Positions 57,325-64,000 of a DNA stretch of 64,000 nucleotides are shown here, one piece after another (the stretch's first letter is position 1; every line of letters begins with the position of its first letter). The DNA is from Nannocystales bacterium (GTDB lineage: Bacteria > Myxococcota_A > Polyangia > Nannocystales > Nannocystaceae), in assembly GCA_050633305.1 (NCBI GenBank), contig JBOEGF010000008.1, positions 414,474-478,473 on the forward strand. Direction: 5' to 3'. Below the pieces are notes generated by a model, which ran no database searches, was not told where the DNA came from, and saw only the letters and a program-made list of their open reading frames with translations. The position numbers were made by a program, and so were the translations under genes.

Positions 57325-57828
57325 ATGGAGTACACGATTCGCGACACCTTCGACGTGAGCGCCGACCGCTTCTGGGAGGCCTTCTTCAGCGACGCGTACA
57401 ACGACGGGCTCTGGCCCGCGATCGACGTCGACTACAAGCAGCTCAAGCTCGAACGCAACGGCGAAGGGAAAGACCTTCGGATCATCCGTGAGCAGGAGCT
57501 CACGCCGCACCGACAGGCACCCAAGGTCGTCCAGAAGATGGTCAAGGGGACCGTGACCTACGTCGAAAAGAACGACTTCTCCGCCGCGAGCGGGAGCATG
57601 AAGATCGTGACCATCCCCAACTTCGCCGCGGACCGGGTCGACAACCACGGCGTGTTCCGGGTGGAAGAACTGGGCGCTGACAAGTGCGCGCGCGTTTGGG
57701 AAGGCGTCTGCAAGGTGAAGATCCCGCTGGTCGGCGGACAGGTCGAGAAGTACCTGGTCTCCGAAATCCAAGAGAGTTATCGCAAGGCCACCGACTACAC
57801 CCGGAAGTTCCTGGCGGAGAACGCCTAA
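57325..57828 (+). CDS. DUF2505 / START-like (SRPBCC) protein
   Basis: Strong codon bias; VKIPLVGGQVEK motif and C-terminal helix. Confidence 0.8.
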   Translation: MEYTIRDTFDVSADRFWEAFFSDAYNDGLWPAIDVDYKQLKLERNGEGKDLRIIREQELTPHRQAPKVVQKMVKGTVTYVEKNDFSAASGSMKIVTIPNFAADRVDNHGVFRVEELGADKCARVWEGVCKVKIPLVGGQVEKYLVSEIQESYRKATDYTRKFLAENA

Positions 57829-57835
57829 CAGCGGG

Positions 57836-57871
57836 CAGCGGCCCTCGACTCGACCCCATCAGGGGCCGCTG
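57836..57871 (+). terminator. Possible terminator hairpin
   Basis: CAGCGGCCC / GGGCCGCTG stem just after the stop; no clear U tract. Confidence 0.35.
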
Positions 57872-58138
57872 AGGGTCGTTTCAACCTAGAGCACATCTCC
57901 AGCGTCCGCCCCAGCCGGACCGCGGGCTCGGAGTTGAACGCCACGGTTTCCCCTCGCCCCGTGTCCACACGGACCCGCGAAGCCGTGGCGTCCTCACGTG
58001 CTCGCTCCCCCTCGCGCCGTCTTTGCACGAAAGTTCGGCGCTCAGTCCGTTAGTCTGCGGGCCGGTCCTCCGACCTCGAAGCCGCATCTCTCCTCCGGAC
58101 GACGAAGCGCTCCTCCCGTCCTCGCTTCGCACCTGCCC

Positions 58139-59275
58139 ATGCCCGCGCGCGCCCTCCTCCCCGATCGTTCCGACGAACCCACGTGGCTCAGGCCCGCCGG
58201 CTGTAACTCGGTTCTCAAGTACACCGGGGATCCGGCGTTGCAACGCGAGATCCGGGACGAGGCCGCGGCATACTTCGAGCGCACCGGAATCGCCCGAGAC
58301 GGCGGGGTCCGCATGCTGCTCAAGAGCCTCATCATCGTGTCCTGGGTGGTCGCGACCTACCTCCTGATGTTGTTCGTCGCGACCGAGGCGTGGCAGTTCG
58401 TCCTGCTCGCATTCTCAATGGGGTTGGCGCTCGCGGGCGTCGGGTTCTCGATCCAACACGACGGTGGACACGGGGCGTACTCGTCCCGTCCATGGGTGAG
58501 CCGCATCGCAGCGCTGGCGCTCGACGCGATCGGCGGCAGCTCGTACATGTGGCACTACAAGCACAACGTCCTGCACCACACGTACCCGAACGTGGAGCAG
58601 GTGGACGACGACATCAGCCAGGCGCCTTGGCTCCGACTGTCGAGCACCGATCCGTACTTCCCGGTGCATCGGTATCAGTTCGTCTATTCGTGGCTGCTGT
58701 ACATCTTCATGACGCCGAAGTGGTTGTTCGTCGACGACTTCAAGCGGCTGTTCACCCAGCGCGCGGGACCCCGGCGGGTGCCGCCCCCTACGCCTCGCGG
58801 CATCGCGACGCTCGTGCTCGGCAAAATCTTCGCCTACACCTGGATGCTCGTGATCCCGCTGTCGATCCACGGGCCTTCGTGGAGCCTGTTCGGATTGTAC
58901 GTGCTCATCGCGTGGATCTGGGGCCTGGCCATGGCGATCACCTTCCAGCTCGCCCACTGCAACGACACCGCCGAGTTCGGCAGCTGGCCCGGCGAAGACA
59001 AGCCCATGGCGATGGGTTGGGCCGAGCAGCAGATCGCCACCACGGTCAACTTCTCGCAGGGCAACCCTGTGCTGACCTGGTACCTCGGCGGCCTCAACTA
59101 CCAGATCGAGCACCACCTCTTCCCCAAGGTCTGCCACATCCACTACCCGGGGCTTAGCCGCGTGGTGAAGGACGTGTGCGAACGGCGGGGCGTCGCCTAC
59201 CGCGTGCAGCCCACGATGTGGTCCGCGCTGCGCTCACACATCGGGCACCTCAAGCGCATGGGCGCTGCCGCCTAG
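58139..59275 (+). CDS. Membrane fatty acid (acyl-CoA) desaturase
   Basis: His boxes HDGGH, HNVLHH, QIEHH; FQLAH; GGLNYQ. Confidence 0.94.
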   Translation: MPARALLPDRSDEPTWLRPAGCNSVLKYTGDPALQREIRDEAAAYFERTGIARDGGVRMLLKSLIIVSWVVATYLLMLFVATEAWQFVLLAFSMGLALAGVGFSIQHDGGHGAYSSRPWVSRIAALALDAIGGSSYMWHYKHNVLHHTYPNVEQVDDDISQAPWLRLSSTDPYFPVHRYQFVYSWLLYIFMTPKWLFVDDFKRLFTQRAGPRRVPPPTPRGIATLVLGKIFAYTWMLVIPLSIHGPSWSLFGLYVLIAWIWGLAMAITFQLAHCNDTAEFGSWPGEDKPMAMGWAEQQIATTVNFSQGNPVLTWYLGGLNYQIEHHLFPKVCHIHYPGLSRVVKDVCERRGVAYRVQPTMWSALRSHIGHLKRMGAAA

Positions 59276-59446
59276 CAGCCCGTCCAGGGTTGTCGACAGG
59301 GGTCCGAGCAGCTGAGCATGCTCAGTCGAACCGTGCACCGAGCAACTCGGTGACCACCTCGAGTCCTCCGGTGCGGGCTTCGGCACCCACCTCGACCAGG
59401 TCTGCGCCGCCTTCGAGCGCTGCGCCGGCCAACGCTGCGGCCGTCC

Positions 59447-59995
59447 TTACGCGTCGCCTTTTTGGGTCTCGTCGTCTTTGCTGGCGGCCGCAGGAAGGGG
59501 CGCCTCGACCTCGCCGATGACCCGGCGCAGGAGACCCTCGACGAGTAGAGCGCGCTCGCCCGCGTCGTACCGGCCATCTCGGTACCGCGCCTGGATGTCT
59601 TCGAACTTGTCCTTCGCGTCGTGCAGGAACTTTTTGTACGTGGGAACCCTGGCCATCACCTCGCGCTGGTTCGACCAGAAGAACGAGATGATCGTGGCCG
59701 CGGTGAAGCCGGTGAGGATCATGCCCAACGGACCCCCGAGCAGATACTTGAGTCCCACCCGCAACGCCACGGCTCCGGCCGCCCCCATCGCGAGTTCCTT
59801 GATGCCGCTCTTGCGCAAGCGCCCCCAGGCCATCTGCAGCACCTCTCCAGAGGCGATCACCAGCGCCACGAACTCGGCTCGCTTGGCGCCGGTCTCGTAC
59901 ACGTCTGTGATGACCTGCTGCATGAACGCATCGAACGTCTCGTAGACGTCGGCGGGATAGGCCATGTCGCTGTCGGCCGAGGAGCTTTGCGCCAT
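59447..59995 (-). CDS. Hypothetical membrane-associated protein
   Basis: Strong codon bias, central hydrophobic hairpin; TGnTATGCT 7 nt upstream. Confidence 0.8.
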   Translation of the reverse strand: MAQSSSADSDMAYPADVYETFDAFMQQVITDVYETGAKRAEFVALVIASGEVLQMAWGRLRKSGIKELAMGAAGAVALRVGLKYLLGGPLGMILTGFTAATIISFFWSNQREVMARVPTYKKFLHDAKDKFEDIQARYRDGRYDAGERALLVEGLLRRVIGEVEAPLPAAASKDDETQKGDA

Positions 59996-60065
59996 TGATT
60001 TGAGCATAGCACCGCGATCGGCTGCGTTTGACAGACTGCAGGGCCGATTCCACACTGGCGCAAGG

Positions 60066-62915
60066 ATGGCGTTTCGGCGGTTTCGGTCCTCGGTGCTCTT
60101 CGGCCTCGCTCTTCTCGGCCCCGGGGGGTGCGAGCAGAAGCCCGTTTCCGCTCCACCAACGGATGTCGCGCCACGGGGTGCGGGCCCCGCACAGCCCGAC
60201 CCGCTCGGCGACACGTCGGCCGCGTACGGTGGCCACGACGAGGCTGGAAGCCTTCAGTCCGCCGAGCCTAGAACTCGGCCCGAGCCGGCCAAGCTCGAAT
60301 CTCGGGAGGCTGCGATCGAGGCGGTCACACACGGAAACCCCGAGGGGGGCCGGGACTTTCTCTCTGGGTTTGTCACCGAACACCCCACAGACATCGACGC
60401 ACTCCATGCCCTCGCGCGTGCGCACCTCCTCCTCGGCGACACCGCTGCCACCCGCGCGGCCCTCCATGCGCAGATCGGGAAAGACACCACCGCCACCCGC
60501 CTGGCTGCGGAGTCCCTGGCCCGAGAGGGACAGCTCGAACAAGCCGCGGCCATGCTTCGCGACGCGGCGAAAAAGAACGCCGGCTCGATGGCCCTACGCG
60601 GCGACCTCGTCACCATCGAAGTCGCCCGCGGCAAGCGAGATGACGCGGCCGTCAAGTCACTCATGGACGGCTTGTACGACGACTACGAGGCGGACCGCGC
60701 GAAGACCGAGGGCGACCTGTTTGCCGTGGCTCAAGCGGCGCTCGGCCGCGGCACCAAGGGCGCGCTGAAGGATGCCAACATGGTGTTCGGAGAGGCCGAA
60801 GAACTCGCGGGTGCCAACGCCCCTGCGGGATGGGACCTCGAAGCGATCGTCCTGCGTCGCGCGGACATGTTTCGCGAGAAGTATGCGGCCGAAGACGCCT
60901 TGCAGACCTACGCGCTCATCCTCGAGGGCCGCGACGCGTGGCATCCCGATGCCCTTGCGGGCTCCGCTCGGGTCCACGTCGACAACTTGGCGTTTGCCGT
61001 GGCGACTCGACTCGCCCAAGAAGCGCTGCTGGTCGATCCCACCCACCCCGACGCCCACGCCGTCCTCGCTCGCATTGCGCTGATCGAAGGGCGGCGCGAC
61101 GAAGCGCACTCTCGCATCGAAGAACACGTCCTGGCGCGCAACCCCAGCCACACCAGCGGCCTCGCGGTGATGGCCGCACTGTCGATCGTCAAGGGCGACG
61201 ACGCCGGGTACACGCGATGGCGCGACGCAGCGCTGGCCGTCAATCCGCACAACGGCCTGTACTACAAGGAGCTGGCCGATGTGCTCGGGTTCCTCCATCT
61301 GTACCCCGAGACAGACGTCATCCTCATTGACGGCCTCACCCGGGCTCCCAAGGATCCAGCGGTCCTCGCCGCGCGAGCCTTGAACCTGCTTCGGCTTGGC
61401 AAGGAGAAGGTTGCCCGCGAGCTGCTCGAACAAGCTTGGAGTCGAGACCCATTCAACGAGCGTACCCGCAACACGCTCGACCTGTACGACGAGCGCATCG
61501 ACAAGCTCTACGGTGAGCGCAAGGTCGGAGACTTGGTTCTCCGCTTGCCCAGCGATGAGCGCGACCTGATCGAGCCCGTGCTCGTCGAGTCCACCCGAAC
61601 TTCGCGGGATGCACTGGACGCCGCGTATCACACCCAGGCCGGCGAGTTACGGCTCGAGTTTTTCTCCGACCCCAGCGACTTTTCGATCCGCACCGTCGGC
61701 GTTCCGAGCTTGGGCGCGGTCGCGGTTTGCTTTGGCCCGGTCATCACCTTCATCGGTCCGTATGCCGGCCGGTTCAACATCGACAACGTGATCCGGCACG
61801 AGTTGGGGCACGTGTATGCGATCCGCCTCAGCAAGGGACGCGTTCCGCGATGGTTCACCGAGGGACTCAGCGAGTGGGAGTCCGAACAAGCCGACCCCGC
61901 GTTTGCACGGGAGAGCGCACAGCTGCTTGTCTCGGCCCGCCGCGCAGGAAAGCTGCGGAAGCTCAGCGAGCTCGAACTCGCCTTCATCCGGGCGGAGAGC
62001 CCACAAATGATGGAGGTCGCGTACGCGACGGCCGCGTATTCGATTCGCTACCTCGGGAGTACCTATGGGCGCGACAAGCTCATCGCGATGCTCAAAGGCT
62101 ACGCCGCGGGCAAGCACACCGAGGAACTCATGAAGACTCACCTGGGCAAGCCTCTGTCCCAGGTCGAAGACGAGTTCGAGGCGTGGTTCTTCGCACAGCT
62201 CGACGGGGTGTTCTCGGGGTGGCAGCCCGCTGCCGACCCATCCAAAGGCGATGAACGCGACGCCCTCTTCCAGCGCGCGCTTGCCAGCGCTCAGGAGGGA
62301 GACCGAGATGCTGCTCGCGCCGCCCTCGAAGAGCTGATCGGTCGCGACGGAGACGGGTTTGCGCCGCGCATGATGCTCGTGCGGCTCGCCGACCCCAGCG
62401 CCCCAAGCACCCAGACGCGAAAGCACCTCGAGGCTGCGCGCGCGTTTCATCGCGAGTCTGTCGAACCGCTGGTGATGCTGGCCAACCTTGCTCGGAAGGA
62501 AGACCGACCCGACGACGAGAAACGGCACCTCGAGGCTGCGCTCGCCATCGACGGCGACGGGTTCGAACCCGCCGGACGCCTTCTCATGCTCGGCGTCGTC
62601 ACGGCCGACCGTACAGCGACCAAGCTTGCCTTGCGTCGGGCTCGGGCAATCGCGCCCTTGCATCCCATCGCACTCGCCGGACAAGCCCTTGCACTCAAGG
62701 CCAAGGGCAACACCAAGCGCGCCACGGCATTGGCTCGGGCGGCCGCCAAGCGGCTCGAAGGTGCGGAAGGCCCCGCGGACACGTTTGTGATCGTCGCTCT
62801 TGCTGCGGCGGATACCGGAGATGCGGCCACCGCCAGAGTCATGGCCAAGCGAGCGCTCGAGCTCGGCGGACTCCCCAAGGCTGCGAAGACCCGTATCGAG
62901 ACATTGGCCCAATGA
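60066..62915 (+). CDS. TPR lipoprotein with peptidase MA-like (gluzincin) domain
   Basis: GGC lipobox, TPR-like helices, HELGH...VPRWFTEGLSE. Confidence 0.88.
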   Translation: MAFRRFRSSVLFGLALLGPGGCEQKPVSAPPTDVAPRGAGPAQPDPLGDTSAAYGGHDEAGSLQSAEPRTRPEPAKLESREAAIEAVTHGNPEGGRDFLSGFVTEHPTDIDALHALARAHLLLGDTAATRAALHAQIGKDTTATRLAAESLAREGQLEQAAAMLRDAAKKNAGSMALRGDLVTIEVARGKRDDAAVKSLMDGLYDDYEADRAKTEGDLFAVAQAALGRGTKGALKDANMVFGEAEELAGANAPAGWDLEAIVLRRADMFREKYAAEDALQTYALILEGRDAWHPDALAGSARVHVDNLAFAVATRLAQEALLVDPTHPDAHAVLARIALIEGRRDEAHSRIEEHVLARNPSHTSGLAVMAALSIVKGDDAGYTRWRDAALAVNPHNGLYYKELADVLGFLHLYPETDVILIDGLTRAPKDPAVLAARALNLLRLGKEKVARELLEQAWSRDPFNERTRNTLDLYDERIDKLYGERKVGDLVLRLPSDERDLIEPVLVESTRTSRDALDAAYHTQAGELRLEFFSDPSDFSIRTVGVPSLGAVAVCFGPVITFIGPYAGRFNIDNVIRHELGHVYAIRLSKGRVPRWFTEGLSEWESEQADPAFARESAQLLVSARRAGKLRKLSELELAFIRAESPQMMEVAYATAAYSIRYLGSTYGRDKLIAMLKGYAAGKHTEELMKTHLGKPLSQVEDEFEAWFFAQLDGVFSGWQPAADPSKGDERDALFQRALASAQEGDRDAARAALEELIGRDGDGFAPRMMLVRLADPSAPSTQTRKHLEAARAFHRESVEPLVMLANLARKEDRPDDEKRHLEAALAIDGDGFEPAGRLLMLGVVTADRTATKLALRRARAIAPLHPIALAGQALALKAKGNTKRATALARAAAKRLEGAEGPADTFVIVALAAADTGDAATARVMAKRALELGGLPKAAKTRIETLAQ

Positions 62916-62928
62916 CGGCCAGCGTCGA

Positions 62929-63099
62929 CTACGGCGTCTGCAGACCGGGTCCGTCGCGCTCGCAGCGAATCTCGTAGTCCGCATTCACGTAGCAGTCATC
63001 GCCGACCTGGTCGCCGAACATCGCCTCACAACCGCTGAGGGACACGACGCAGGCCACGAAGGCCAAGACTGCACTGATCTGTTTTCGCTTCATCATCAT
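62929..63099 (-). CDS. Very small lipoprotein
   Basis: Basic N-terminus, hydrophobic core, LSGC lipobox, Cys pair in the mature part. Confidence 0.6.
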   Translation of the reverse strand: MMMKRKQISAVLAFVACVVSLSGCEAMFGDQVGDDCYVNADYEIRCERDGPGLQTP

Positions 63100-63228
63100 C
63101 GCTCTTGCCCTTATCGGACAGGCGCAACGATGGGTTGGTTTCGCGGAGCGTGTTTTCTCGGCAAGCCGCGGCGGCGCCAAGTTGGGCCGCCCGCGGATCG
63201 CCCGCGGGTCGAGGGGGCTCGACGGGTC

Positions 63229-63927
63229 TCAGCCGCAGTCGCCGAAGATCGGCTCGTTGGGGTCCGAGTCCGGCGCCGCGCACTCACTGCTGTACACACA
63301 CGACGGTGTGCCCTGCGTGTACACGGTGCCGCAGCCCCCCTCGCCGAAGGGTTTCTCCGGGTCGCACACCTCGCACTGGTTGATCCCGTCCGCGGTGTTG
63401 CACACGTACGATTCGTCGCAGAAGAACCCACGGCAAAACTGGTCTTTCACGTCCTGCGCCTCAAGACCGAGCGGGTTGTGGTTGATCGCAGGGGACTCTG
63501 AGTTGGCCACGTCGCAAATCCCATCGACCTCCTCCAGACCCGCCGCACAGCCGTCCTCGGGAGGACACCCCTGCAGACCCGGCACTGGGGGGTCGCTAGC
63601 ATCAGGACACGCGTAGTCGTTGAAGCCTCGCGAGCCGACAAGAGCCCGAAACTCGCCCTCGGCGTCGTAGCCCATCACATCGCAACTCACCTGGCGGAAC
63701 TCTGCAACGCAAATCTGCTCCACCTGGGTGGTGTCGATGTTGGCTTCTTCGTCGGACACACAGACCGCCTCAAAGCGGGTGTCCTCGGGTTGGTCGCAAT
63801 CGTCGACGTTGCCGCAGCGCTGGACGTCGTCGCGTGGGTTGAGGATCAAGCTACACGCGAGGCTCGAGCTGAGCGCGGCGGTGGCGAGGATCAACGAAAC
63901 GGTGCGGAAGCGCGATGCGATTGCCAT
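63229..63927 (-). CDS. Cys-rich lipoprotein
   Basis: SLAC lipobox, many regularly spaced Cys, acidic. Confidence 0.8.
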   Translation of the reverse strand: MAIASRFRTVSLILATAALSSSLACSLILNPRDDVQRCGNVDDCDQPEDTRFEAVCVSDEEANIDTTQVEQICVAEFRQVSCDVMGYDAEGEFRALVGSRGFNDYACPDASDPPVPGLQGCPPEDGCAAGLEEVDGICDVANSESPAINHNPLGLEAQDVKDQFCRGFFCDESYVCNTADGINQCEVCDPEKPFGEGGCGTVYTQGTPSCVYSSECAAPDSDPNEPIFGDCG

Positions 63928-64000
63928 GTGGATGGTCTTTCCCGTGTAGGTGTGCGTGGTCAACGCGGGGGCCGACTGTACGGACGGTAACCCGGGAGCG

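Overview
GC-rich bacterial chromosomal window with dense coding (about 60 CDS). The source is probably a myxobacterium (Nannocystis/Plesiocystis-like). This is inferred from a MYXO-CTERM tail, a Ser/Thr kinase-TPR gene and many Cys-rich lipoproteins, not from a marker gene. Recognisable genes are gpmI, ybaK, speD, a RlmI-like methyltransferase, a complete moxR-DUF58-batABCDE operon, an HtrA protease, LysR/DoxX, two Hanks kinases, an M1 aminopeptidase, glgP, a YegD-like Hsp70, an ABC1 kinase, gshB, an ECF sigma factor, a USP, an FAH hydrolase and a fatty acid desaturase. I saw no rRNA, tRNA, CRISPR array, transposase or prophage. The best candidates for undescribed biology are: (i) the divergent locus at 48.4-53.3 kb, with gshB coupled to a Cys/His-rich ECF with no adjacent anti-sigma, opposite a MerR-TPR plus catalytically degenerate GH3-like operon; (ii) a kinase paired with an FHA-winged-helix regulator; (iii) a near-consensus sigma54 promoter driving a GGDEM cyclase; (iv) a recurring -10 box 6-9 nt upstream of start codons, suggesting widespread leaderless mRNAs; (v) an unannotated 38-aa ORF; (vi) a structured speD leader; (vii) a beta-propeller relic that has lost blades by deletion. 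All function calls come from motif recognition by eye; no database searches were run.
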